The notes beneath the pieces were generated by a model. That model did no database searches. It had not been told where the DNA came from and saw only the letters and a program-made list of their open reading frames with translations. Source: a virus. Taken from it: DNA of 31,768 nucleotides. A program made the translations under genes and the position numbers. This document shows positions 7,229-15,926 of the stretch, piece by piece. The stretch lies in the IMG/VR virus record IMGVR_UViG_3300002220_000467; one strand, 5' to 3'. The first letter of the stretch is position 1, and each line of letters opens with the position of its first letter.

Positions 7229-7675
7229 CTATAAGCCTTTAACGTATAATCCGGCTTTCCTTAATGCGCGGGAGGCTATACCATTGGAGGGATCACACGC
7301 GGGGCTTTGCTTGAGCATAAAGGCACGCTCGGCACCGAATACCTCGGCCATCCATACGGCCCACTTAGCGCCTTCTAGGTACGCCTCTGTCAAGTTCCGG
7401 CCCCTATACTCCCCCTTGCCCGTCCCTCGCTCAACTACGTGCGGTACATCGCCCTCCCAGGTCACGGCGCAAGGGCACCGGGGCACTGGTAGCCCTCCTA
7501 GCTGTTCAGGGCAGATAGGGACAAGCTCATACTTCTCTTTGAGTTCCTGTACGGTCTTCTCTTTGTAGAGCCGATGGCCCATTTTATGCGTTTGACCGTG
7601 ATATCTGCAGGGCACCCCACAGGCGCATAACGAGATGAGCGCTTTGGGTTTATGTTCCACCAATCTAGTTTGCAT
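7229..7675 (-). CDS. tudS: DUF523 family protein (TudS-like thiouracil desulfidase, 4Fe-4S)
   Basis: ISLCACGVPCRYHG, ICPEQLGGLPVPR, YLEGA, and LKQSPAC match the DUF523 signature SxC..CRYDG / CPE..GGLPxPR / LKxxSPSC; GGAG RBS. Confidence 0.8.
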   Translation of the reverse strand: MQTRLVEHKPKALISLCACGVPCRYHGQTHKMGHRLYKEKTVQELKEKYELVPICPEQLGGLPVPRCPCAVTWEGDVPHVVERGTGKGEYRGRNLTEAYLEGAKWAVWMAEVFGAERAFMLKQSPACDPSNGIASRALRKAGLYVKGL

Positions 7676-7682
7676 GTTATTC

Positions 7683-7734
7683 TCCGGGCATAATAAGCCG
7701 CCCGGATATACCTACTCACGCTTATCTTATAAAA
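7683..7734. promoter_or_regulatory. Divergent promoter region between DUF523 and terS
   Basis: TTATAAAA at 7727-7734 (TTTTATAA on the minus strand); inverted repeat TCCGGGC/GCCCGGA at 7683-7706. Confidence 0.45.
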
Positions 7735-7751
7735 CGCACGCTGTGATGTAA

Positions 7752-8147
7752 ATGGCTAGAAAGAAGGCGGTTTTGGATTATGTTATGATAGAGAAACTTG
7801 CTAGTTTGGGGTGCACTGAATATGAGATCGCATATGCGATAGGATATACTCCTCAGCATTTCTCGACTATAAAGAAGAAAGATCAGCTCCTCCGGGAAGC
7901 GATAGACCGGGGTTCAAACACCATCAAGGTAGCCATTCGCCGGGCTCAATTAAAGGTGGCACTGCCTGAAGGCGATTACAACGGCAATGTGTCCATGCTG
8001 ATCTGGCTTGGTAAGCAATACCTGCGACAGAGTGACCACTTAAAACTTTCTGGAGATGAAGAAGAACCCCTGGTAGTGAACACCCTAGCGGACTTTGTGA
8101 AAAATGCCGCGGCCAAAAAAGAAAAGTCTGGATCTTCTGGCACCTGA
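7752..8147 (+). CDS. terS: Terminase small subunit
   Basis: N-terminal HTH (LASLGCTEYEIAYAIG) and GNVSMLIWLGKQYLRQSD motif; immediately upstream of terL. Confidence 0.8.
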   Translation: MARKKAVLDYVMIEKLASLGCTEYEIAYAIGYTPQHFSTIKKKDQLLREAIDRGSNTIKVAIRRAQLKVALPEGDYNGNVSMLIWLGKQYLRQSDHLKLSGDEEEPLVVNTLADFVKNAAAKKEKSGSSGT

Positions 8148-9594
8148 ATTAATGCAAAGCGACCCTGTTATGGTCGCTACTGACATATTTGGGTCTAAGC
8201 TCTGGAAGGACCAGGGAACCATCATGGAGTATGTCCGGGATCACCCCAGGGTGGCCTGGAGGTCTTGTCACGGCATCGGTAAGACTTATGTCGTTGCCAG
8301 GTTGGTTCTCTGGTTTTTGTTTTCCTTCCCATATTCCATCGTAATCACCACCGCACCAACCTGGAGGCAGGTTGAAAAGCTGGTTTGGAAGGAGATTCGG
8401 GCCTGTTATTCCAGGTCTAAGATACCTTTGGGCGGCAATTTGGCACCAAAGGCCACCGAACTCTCGCTGGTGGGGGATGAATGGGTCGCTATGGGCCTCT
8501 CCACCAATGATCCGGATAGGTTCCAGGGATATCACGCCGAATATCTCTTGGTGGTGGTTGATGAAGCGGCGGGCGTGCAGGAGGACATATTCGAGGCCGT
8601 CGAGGGCGTGTTGACCTCGGCCCATTGTAGGTTGGTTCTGATTGGCAACCCAACTAACATCGGTGGGCAATTTTACCGGGCTTTCCGAGAAGCTAATTGG
8701 GTAACAGGCCATACTAGTGCCTGGGATACTCCCAATTTCACCGAGCTGGGAATAACCAGGGAGGACATAGAGAATGACACCTGGGAGGCCAAGGTTCCCA
8801 GGAAGGTGAGTGGGGATTATGATTGGCCTGCCCCATACTTGATTACTCCAGCCTGGGTATCGGACAAGTTCAAGCGCTGGAAGCCCAACCATCCGGCATA
8901 TTCTGCCAGGGTGGAGGGGGAATTCCCGGAGCAGGGCGAATACAACGTTATTCCGTTGGCCTGGATCGAGGCGGCAATAGCAGCATGGCCGGATACTGAG
9001 CCAACGAATGATAGAATCATCATCGGGGTGGATGTAGCTCGGGGCGGGATGGACCTGTCGGCCATCGCTATACGCCGCGGGAATAAGCTCCTCTTCATCG
9101 AGACTTTCGCCGGTTTGGATGGGCCGGAGTTGGCAGGAGAGGTGGCCGTTAGATACAGGAAGCTCAATGCAGACCTGGTGAATGTCGATATTATTGGCGT
9201 TGGATCTTCCGTTTATGATTCTCTGAAATCCTATGGAGATATCGAGGTTCAGGGCGTTAATGTGGCGGTGGCTTCAGACGTTAAGGATGAGAAAGGAAAT
9301 CGAGTTTATCAGAACCTGAGATCAGAGCTATGGTGGACACTCCGAGAAGCCATAGATCCTAAAAATCCCGAGCCTTTGACCCTGCCAGATGACGATAACC
9401 TGCTGGCAGATCTGGCTGCTCCTCAGTACAGTTTTCGAAAGGGTTGGATTCAGATCGAAGCAAAGGAAGACACCAAGAAGAGGCTAGGCCGAAGCCCCGA
9501 TTCCGGGGACGCTCTGATGCTAACATTTGCGCCAGTAGAAGAAATGTCTCCGGTGGGCTGGGGAACTTCCAGATTAACAGGTAAGAGAAGATGA
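8104..9594 (+). CDS. terL: Terminase large subunit
   Basis: Walker A SCHGIGKT, TAPT..Q, Walker B VVVDEAAG, coupling motif GNPT, RNase H-like IGVDVA..D, C-terminal RSPDSGDAL. Confidence 0.95.
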   Translation: MPRPKKKSLDLLAPELMQSDPVMVATDIFGSKLWKDQGTIMEYVRDHPRVAWRSCHGIGKTYVVARLVLWFLFSFPYSIVITTAPTWRQVEKLVWKEIRACYSRSKIPLGGNLAPKATELSLVGDEWVAMGLSTNDPDRFQGYHAEYLLVVVDEAAGVQEDIFEAVEGVLTSAHCRLVLIGNPTNIGGQFYRAFREANWVTGHTSAWDTPNFTELGITREDIENDTWEAKVPRKVSGDYDWPAPYLITPAWVSDKFKRWKPNHPAYSARVEGEFPEQGEYNVIPLAWIEAAIAAWPDTEPTNDRIIIGVDVARGGMDLSAIAIRRGNKLLFIETFAGLDGPELAGEVAVRYRKLNADLVNVDIIGVGSSVYDSLKSYGDIEVQGVNVAVASDVKDEKGNRVYQNLRSELWWTLREAIDPKNPEPLTLPDDDNLLADLAAPQYSFRKGWIQIEAKEDTKKRLGRSPDSGDALMLTFAPVEEMSPVGWGTSRLTGKRR

Positions 9595-9713
9595 TGGAGC
9601 AACGAATCGCTACGGAGCTATGCCTGATCAGGCTATTGCTTGAACGTTTCTTGGAATCTACAGATCCGGTAGAGTATGCAAGGTACGCAGTACAGAAGCA
9701 AAAATTCTCATAG
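9591..9713 (+). CDS. Small hypothetical protein, 40 aa (not in ORF track)
   Basis: ATGA overlap with the terL stop; MMEQRIATELCLIRLLLERFLESTDPVEYARYAVQKQKFS. Confidence 0.45.
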   Translation: MMEQRIATELCLIRLLLERFLESTDPVEYARYAVQKQKFS

Positions 9714-9723
9714 AGTGGATTGG

Positions 9724-11076
9724 ATGAAATTCTTGGAACGGCTTTTCCCTAAGAAGCAAGCAGCAGCACCCATCATGTCAGGCTCTCCGGTGATGCGTCA
9801 GAGGTTTTCGCTTGGCTATGTGGACCGGAGCGTTGTTGTCTCTCCGGAACGCATTGCTGCCAACCGTTCTATCCCGGTGGTGCTGGAATCCCTATCAGGT
9901 CTATCAAGGCTTTGTTTCACCGGATTTGATCACGTCCTAAAGCCTCTCGATCCATCCGATGACACCCAGGAGGCCAATATCAAGAAGGCCCTGCAGCAGA
10001 TCCATATCCAGGAGAAGAGAATAGGAAGAATCGGGAAATCCCGACGCAACGGAACCCTAGGGCTGGTCCGGGCCACCGCACTGGATGGCTGGAGCTTCAG
10101 GCAGGCGGTAGCCGAATACTCCACCATCCAGGAGGGCAACTGGCAGAATTTTGCTGAAATCCAGCTGCTGCCTGCTCAGAGCTTCGGAACCGCTCCGGGC
10201 AACTTGCCTTATAGCTCTTGCATCGCGGACAAAATTCTGCCTGGTATTGTATATGATATCAACCAAGACATTACTCGATTCTTCCAGGCGGGGGATAACG
10301 CCCTGCCACGGGAGCTAGATCCTGACAATATTATATATATCGAGGACATGACGATCCCGGACGACCTGAGCTTCATGAAAGTCTTGAATCCAACCATTGA
10401 GGCTTGGAAAGAGGTTAGGCGTTATGGCATGCTGGCTGAGCACCGGGTAGGCGTGCCTGATGAAGTAGCCTCGATCAATGCCAAAGACGTTGTGGCTATG
10501 ATCGAGGCCAAAATCCCGGTTAAAATGCAGGATCTGATTGACCATTGCGACGACCTGGCAGAAAGGCAGTCTCATGAAAGCAAGAAAGTCGCTCTGGCAG
10601 GAACCAAGATCGAATATCCCAAGATCGACATGCCGCTTAACCCTTGGGATGCTGATCAGTACCTCAAGGAAGAAATCTGTGATTTCTTTTTTAAGAGGAA
10701 TGTGATAAAGCGGGTTGAGCAGGCGGTCAGTTCTTCAGACTCCGGCGCCAAGGCCCTCATTGATATCCACGTATCCAGCGAGAGAGAGCTTTGGGGCAAA
10801 CCCTTTGAGAGCTTGTGGAATACCTGGCTGGAATGGAACGGTTTTGAGCTGGTGGATGAGTTTGCCTGGTGGGATTGGTCTCCGGAAGACCAGGATAAGC
10901 AGCATAAGAGGAACCTGGAGAACTTCCGATCCCATGCTATGACCATCCAGACCTTCTGCGAACTGGAAGGACTGCCTATTCCGAACGATGAGGAACTGCA
11001 AGAAATCGCTGCTCAGCACGCCCTGCTTTTTGGAGGCAAAGACAACTTCCTGAGCCGTTCCAACATGACGGTGTAA
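9724..11076 (+). CDS. Portal protein
   Basis: About 450 aa in the canonical position between terL and head morphogenesis. Start moved to the ATG at 9724 (in frame with the track ORF at 9676), which follows the small upstream ORF. Confidence 0.75.
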   Translation: MKFLERLFPKKQAAAPIMSGSPVMRQRFSLGYVDRSVVVSPERIAANRSIPVVLESLSGLSRLCFTGFDHVLKPLDPSDDTQEANIKKALQQIHIQEKRIGRIGKSRRNGTLGLVRATALDGWSFRQAVAEYSTIQEGNWQNFAEIQLLPAQSFGTAPGNLPYSSCIADKILPGIVYDINQDITRFFQAGDNALPRELDPDNIIYIEDMTIPDDLSFMKVLNPTIEAWKEVRRYGMLAEHRVGVPDEVASINAKDVVAMIEAKIPVKMQDLIDHCDDLAERQSHESKKVALAGTKIEYPKIDMPLNPWDADQYLKEEICDFFFKRNVIKRVEQAVSSSDSGAKALIDIHVSSERELWGKPFESLWNTWLEWNGFELVDEFAWWDWSPEDQDKQHKRNLENFRSHAMTIQTFCELEGLPIPNDEELQEIAAQHALLFGGKDNFLSRSNMTV

Positions 11077-11080
11077 GCTC

Positions 11081-12856
11081 ATGGATCATATTAAGGCGCT
11101 ACGTAGTTCGGAAGACTCCAGGATCAGAGAGCTGGAAGCCAGGTTCTTGGACTCAGTAAAGAACACGATCCAGAGCACCGACTGGAGCGACGTAGAACGG
11201 CGACTAATGGCCGGAAACGCGCCGGATATGGTGGTAGGTGCCCTATCATGGGGCAATTACGATCCTTCGGACTTGCTGGAGGGCGGATTTTGGGCAGCCT
11301 CGGGCATAGCGGCTGAGTACCTGGCTGAGGTCATCACCACCAGCACCGAAGTTAGCTTTGTGCTCACCGATCCCAACGCTCTGAAATGGATTGAACAGTA
11401 CGCGGCTGATGAGATCGTTGCCATTACCGATAGCCAGAGGGAAGCGGTGAAAGAGATCGTACTGGCTGGTTATCGGGATGGGATCACATATCAGAAGCAG
11501 GCCCGGATGATCAAGCAGATCATAGGGCTAGATCCGAGACGGGCGATAGCAGTAACGAACCTGGAGAATAGGCTGAGGAAGAAAGGCAAGTTCTCCGAGG
11601 ACCAGATAGCCAAGAAGGCTGACAAGTACGCCAAACGCCTTTTGAACCAGAGGGCTCGGACGATAGCCATCCAGGAAGCCGTGACGGCTGCTGCTCAGGG
11701 ATTCTATGAGACTACCAAAGGTGCGGTAGGCCGGGGCATCTTAGATCCTCAGAAATACGCTGGCTATAGGATAGTGACCGGGGACGAACGGTTGTGTCCC
11801 CAATGCTCTGCATTAGCGGGTGAGACTCGGGAACTACCTGATGGAGTTTACCCTTCAACCGGGTCACATACTCCCAAAGTTCACGTTTTGTGTCGTTGTG
11901 TTGAAGGAATCCAGGAAACAGGAGCAGGAAAGGGGGTGCAAGGAATAGGAACGAAGCAGACTAAACGGGCCTCTGGCATGGGGCGCGCTACTATCATTTT
12001 CGACTGCCAGAAGGTCAAGAGAAAAGACGGGATTCTATACATCCCCACTGTTCCGCTGATCGAAGGAGTTTATGAACAGTGGGGTTTGCGAGTTCTTCGG
12101 GATTATAAAGAATTCTCACCGTACAGCCACTGGCTGCACGGCCTGCCCGTCGTTGTGAACCACGAAGATGTCACGCCGGAGGCCCGGAGGGTAGGACAGC
12201 TATTTGATATCGTAAACAAGCCAGAAGGTAGGAAAACCACTGCCACAACCCGATTCTTTGAGATCGATCTCACTCAGAGAGAGCTAGAAGCTCTTCTTTC
12301 CGGCGAACCTCATGACGGCTCTCTCAGATGGGAATGCTACCTGGTCGATGAGCCGGGCACTTGGACAGATCCCAGGACCGGGGAGGTCAAGGAGTATGAT
12401 GTGAAGGAAGTCGGGCCTTACGTCTTCCATGAGTACTCATTTGTGAAACAAGGCGTAGTCAGCACCAAAGACGGTGCCGGTTTCAACATGCAGTGTAAGG
12501 ACTGCAATTCATTGTCATATGCTCCAGGAGGAGGAGCTACTATGGAGATAGAGGAAATCCAGACAGCGATTAATGAGGCCATTGAGCCTTTGATAAACAG
12601 AATCGATGCCCTGGAGCAGAAGAACGCCGCTCTGGAGGGCGAACAGACGAGCATCCAGGCCGCTCTGGAAGCCAGGATCGAGGCCGAACAGAAGGAGCGG
12701 TTCCTGTCCAAGCTCAAGCCTGCATTCTTGGAACAGGGGGATGAACTCTGGCAGGAGTGCAAACAGACGGGGTACCTCGATTTTGAGGCTAACCATCCTG
12801 AGATGATCGCTTCCTTCCAGTCTCGGGGGCGGAAAGGAACAAGAGATTCAATATGA
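11081..12856 (+). CDS. Fusion: Mu gpF/SPP1 gp7-like head morphogenesis domain + DUF2213-like prohead protease + C-terminal scaffold
   Basis: RARTIAIQE..A, DERLCPQC and HVLCRC (gpF); LPVVVNHE..VG, GSL..EPG.W..EYD..H..FV..G (DUF2213-type protease); coiled-coil C-terminus IEPLINRIDALEQKNAALEGE. Confidence 0.75.
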   Translation: MDHIKALRSSEDSRIRELEARFLDSVKNTIQSTDWSDVERRLMAGNAPDMVVGALSWGNYDPSDLLEGGFWAASGIAAEYLAEVITTSTEVSFVLTDPNALKWIEQYAADEIVAITDSQREAVKEIVLAGYRDGITYQKQARMIKQIIGLDPRRAIAVTNLENRLRKKGKFSEDQIAKKADKYAKRLLNQRARTIAIQEAVTAAAQGFYETTKGAVGRGILDPQKYAGYRIVTGDERLCPQCSALAGETRELPDGVYPSTGSHTPKVHVLCRCVEGIQETGAGKGVQGIGTKQTKRASGMGRATIIFDCQKVKRKDGILYIPTVPLIEGVYEQWGLRVLRDYKEFSPYSHWLHGLPVVVNHEDVTPEARRVGQLFDIVNKPEGRKTTATTRFFEIDLTQRELEALLSGEPHDGSLRWECYLVDEPGTWTDPRTGEVKEYDVKEVGPYVFHEYSFVKQGVVSTKDGAGFNMQCKDCNSLSYAPGGGATMEIEEIQTAINEAIEPLINRIDALEQKNAALEGEQTSIQAALEARIEAEQKERFLSKLKPAFLEQGDELWQECKQTGYLDFEANHPEMIASFQSRGRKGTRDSI

Positions 12857-12869
12857 GGAGGAGATAGAG

Positions 12870-13556
12870 ATGGTTCTGAGAAAAGTGACCACGCCCAAGA
12901 CCGGGCCGCTCAGTTCTATCCCTGCAGCTGGCAAGATAGCCTTTGGTGCTGCGATTATCAACAATGGAACGGATCAGGCCGTATATGCCTCTGCAGCTGA
13001 CACGGATGAGATTCTAGGGTTCGCAGTACAGCCAGCCAATAACGTGGTCCTGAGAAGCGACGGATTCTATCAGCAGTACGATGATGTACCTTACGCCAAC
13101 AGCGGGGAGATCAATGCCCTGGTGATCGCACTCGGTGCCACAAATATCATCAAGGGCGACTTCCTTGAAGTGGCCGCTTTGGGTGGTGCGGGTGGTTCTG
13201 GTGCCTGGGGGGTACTGGCTGAGGCTGGCAACCTGGCAGGAGCTACCAAGACTATAACGTCCGTTGCTCAGGCCGCAGAGAGCGTTACCCTGGCGGCTTC
13301 CATGGCAACTCCCGCGGCTGGCGTAGCAATCGGCGATGCTCAGATCACAATGGCTGCTGGTGCTATCGCAACCATGGGACTGGTCGAAGGTGATTATGTT
13401 ATGCTCAGGGACGCAGATGGCGACACCCAGCTCAATAGGGTCAAGTCTCTGACATCGACTGTGATCACCTTGCAGGAACCTTCCACAGTAGCTCTGACTG
13501 TGGCAGATAACGATCTGGTGCACCGGGTTGCTCAGATCAAAGTTAAGATTCTCTGA
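12870..13556 (+). CDS. Capsid decoration/cement protein
   Basis: Ala/Gly/Val-rich beta protein between scaffold and MCP (lambda D position); strong GAGGAG RBS. Confidence 0.6.
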   Translation: MVLRKVTTPKTGPLSSIPAAGKIAFGAAIINNGTDQAVYASAADTDEILGFAVQPANNVVLRSDGFYQQYDDVPYANSGEINALVIALGATNIIKGDFLEVAALGGAGGSGAWGVLAEAGNLAGATKTITSVAQAAESVTLAASMATPAAGVAIGDAQITMAAGAIATMGLVEGDYVMLRDADGDTQLNRVKSLTSTVITLQEPSTVALTVADNDLVHRVAQIKVKIL

Positions 13557-13568
13557 GGTGTTTTATTC

Positions 13569-14504
13569 ATGGTAGGGGAGTTAAATTGGGGTGCAGGTCT
13601 CCCTATGGAGATCATTACCAACATGAGGAAGTCCATTGAGGAATTCCAGAATGTGAACATCGACGGCTACATAGCCAGGAACGCTCTATACGTCCGGACT
13701 CTGAACAATCCAAACATCCGCCGGGATGTGGTCCGGAGGGTGGATATGGCCGCCGCTCCAGATGGCATATCTCGGGCTCAGATCTCTGCTGGAGGCACCA
13801 TCCCGGATGAGATCACGACCGGCGCTAAGGAAGACATCCATCCTATCTGGTGGATCGCCGATGCCGTCATAATGAATGAAGCGGAGATCAGCATTGATCC
13901 AACCAGATGGGATCTGGATGTCAGAGTGGCTATGCTGGAATGCCAGAGAAGAGAGAATTATACGGCCATCAATGGAGATGCCAATCACAACATCACTGGC
14001 ATTGTCGGAGCTGCTCAGGCCAATCCCAGGGGTAGCATAGTGGCCTCTGGTGCCTCGGGTAACCAGGAGAATAATTCTGGAGCCTGGGATGGCTCAGAAC
14101 AAGACGGAAAGATGGACCCCTATGAGGATCTGAGGCTGGCAACCGGCATGGTCAATCCCGAGTTCCCGAGATCCTCGCTCAACCTTCTGGGTCGGCCCGA
14201 ATCTCTGAACTACCTCTGGTCCAAGAACGAGTTCAGAGAGACGTATGTCTCTGAGATCGCGGGATTATTTGGCCGGGCCGATGGGTCCACCGACTTTCTC
14301 ATTCCCTGCGACTATATGCCCGCCAATACGGTTTACGTAGTAGCAAAGCACATGAACGCCGGTGAGATTGTAATCGCCCAAGATTACGATGTGGACGCGG
14401 ACTATCCCAGACAGAAGGGCAAGAACCGCTACGCTGAGATCGGCGGCTGGGTTGGTTTTGAGATCCACGATCCATCTGGTTTTGTGCAGGTAGCCATCAA
14501 CTGA
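13569..14504 (+). CDS. Major capsid protein (HK97 fold, no delta domain)
   Basis: 311 aa; E..AINGDA..NITGI motif typical of HK97-fold/encapsulin-like capsids; position in the head module. Confidence 0.8.
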   Translation: MVGELNWGAGLPMEIITNMRKSIEEFQNVNIDGYIARNALYVRTLNNPNIRRDVVRRVDMAAAPDGISRAQISAGGTIPDEITTGAKEDIHPIWWIADAVIMNEAEISIDPTRWDLDVRVAMLECQRRENYTAINGDANHNITGIVGAAQANPRGSIVASGASGNQENNSGAWDGSEQDGKMDPYEDLRLATGMVNPEFPRSSLNLLGRPESLNYLWSKNEFRETYVSEIAGLFGRADGSTDFLIPCDYMPANTVYVVAKHMNAGEIVIAQDYDVDADYPRQKGKNRYAEIGGWVGFEIHDPSGFVQVAIN

Positions 14505-14513
14505 GGGGCGACC

Positions 14514-14846
14514 ATGGGAATGAATCCAAGAGGGTTTTTGAGGACATGGTCACGGCTAGATGGTGGCAATGTCCGAAAAAATTCCATAACTAAGGATAAG
14601 CTGGCGGGCGGCTTCCTCAAAACCACGCTGGCGGATGGTACGGCGGCTGAAACCGACGTGACCGTTACTGGCATGGCCGTGGGCGATGAGCTGGTAGCGG
14701 TCTTGTCCCTGTCCACCAAGGCCGATATCAAGACCTTGGAGAACCGGACTTCGGAATATACCGTCGGTGCAGGAAAGCTGGTGAAGGCGGCGGGCACTGA
14801 TGAGACAAACAACCAGCTTATCATCATATATCTGGATCTGACATGA
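14514..14846 (+). CDS. Minor head/decoration protein
   Basis: 110 aa, small beta-rich, directly after the MCP. Confidence 0.45.
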   Translation: MGMNPRGFLRTWSRLDGGNVRKNSITKDKLAGGFLKTTLADGTAAETDVTVTGMAVGDELVAVLSLSTKADIKTLENRTSEYTVGAGKLVKAAGTDETNNQLIIIYLDLT

Positions 14847-14908
14847 ATTCGTCCGATCTGATATAATTTCTAGAATAATACCTCGGGCTGCCAGTGAGGC
14901 GATTTTTC

Positions 14909-15535
14909 GTGATCATATTTAAGGGATCAGTGGGCGATGAGATTATCCTGAATACCGGGCACGACCTGGAAGATGCCACCAAGATCGAGATGCGTGTGAT
15001 AACACCATCCGGCTCTAATGAGGTATGGGATGCTGTGGCTCATACAACTCCTGAGCACATTGTCCATACAATCCAGGAAGGGGAGATGGTTGATGAGGGC
15101 ATCTATATTGTCCGGGCCTATGTCGAATGGGAAGAGCTTCATTCGTACTTAGGCAAGCCGGTTCTGGTTCATTGTCTAGATATCTCATACGTCGTTCCTA
15201 TCAATGAAGTGCGCCGAACGATCCAGGATAAAAACCCTGACCGGCCACTACTGAGCGATGAAGAGATTTATGATTCCTTAGCAGCTTCCGGAGGCGATAC
15301 CCTTGCCGCTTCCCTGGCTTGTGCCGAAGCCCTGGTTGCCAGGGGAGCACATAAGGTCTCCAAGAAGATAGGAGATCGACAGATCAACTATTCTGACCTG
15401 CTGGGGCATTATCAAGCCCTGGTCGAAGTCCTGCAAGCCAAGATACAGCAACGAGATTTCAGCCATGGAACTTACCGGGGCGGTAAAGTCGAAGACAAAT
15501 ATCCTATCAATTTTTTATATTCAGATGCAAATTAA
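14909..15535 (+). CDS. BppU-N/Ig-like domain fused to head-tail adaptor
   Basis: N-half DL..A..I.M.V.TPSG..W.A....I.HT...G.Y; C-half EVRRTIQD..LSDEEI..KIGDRQINYS (gp15/gp6-like adaptor). GTG at 14909 follows a GAGGCGA RBS; the track start is 14894. Confidence 0.6.
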   Translation: MIIFKGSVGDEIILNTGHDLEDATKIEMRVITPSGSNEVWDAVAHTTPEHIVHTIQEGEMVDEGIYIVRAYVEWEELHSYLGKPVLVHCLDISYVVPINEVRRTIQDKNPDRPLLSDEEIYDSLAASGGDTLAASLACAEALVARGAHKVSKKIGDRQINYSDLLGHYQALVEVLQAKIQQRDFSHGTYRGGKVEDKYPINFLYSDAN

Positions 15536-15547
15536 AAAGGTGAGGCT

Positions 15548-15904
15548 ATGGGAGATATCGACTGGCTTGAATGCGTTCCTTTTGAGGGTCCGGAATCGCA
15601 GTGGCCCACGGGCATGGCCCATCTGCCACCTGGCATTAGCGTGCTGGACTTGCTGAAGGAAGGCAGCGTGAAAAGGACCAGGTCCGGTGGGATTCTCAAA
15701 CTGGAGATAGACGAGGAGGTCTATGAAGCCCTGGTGGAGACTTATGGTCCAAAGCAGATTTTGATCGCCACCGCCGGTGGTGGCCGGATCACTCGGGAGG
15801 AGTGGTATAGACAGTTCAGCAAATCGGATGGCCTGAGGCTGGCTATCATCCGAGAACTGAACAAGGGTGAAGAGGAAACCAAATCCTTCGAGATCGGAAA
15901 ATGA
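15548..15904 (+). CDS. Hypothetical protein
   Basis: 118 aa; AGGTGAGG RBS. Confidence 0.65.
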   Translation: MGDIDWLECVPFEGPESQWPTGMAHLPPGISVLDLLKEGSVKRTRSGGILKLEIDEEVYEALVETYGPKQILIATAGGGRITREEWYRQFSKSDGLRLAIIRELNKGEEETKSFEIGK

Positions 15905-15926
15905 AAAATTTTAGGAGGCAAACGAA

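Noticed and set aside
12807-12870. The decoration-gene frame is open 21 codons upstream (..GGGKEQEIQYEEEIEM), hinting at a +1 frameshift fusion with the scaffold
   Set aside because: The open stretch is short and explained by the purine-rich RBS; no convincing shift signal.
14843-14908. ATG overlapping the previous stop, in frame with the adaptor gene
   Set aside because: Two in-frame TAA stops intervene; GTG at 14909 has its own RBS.
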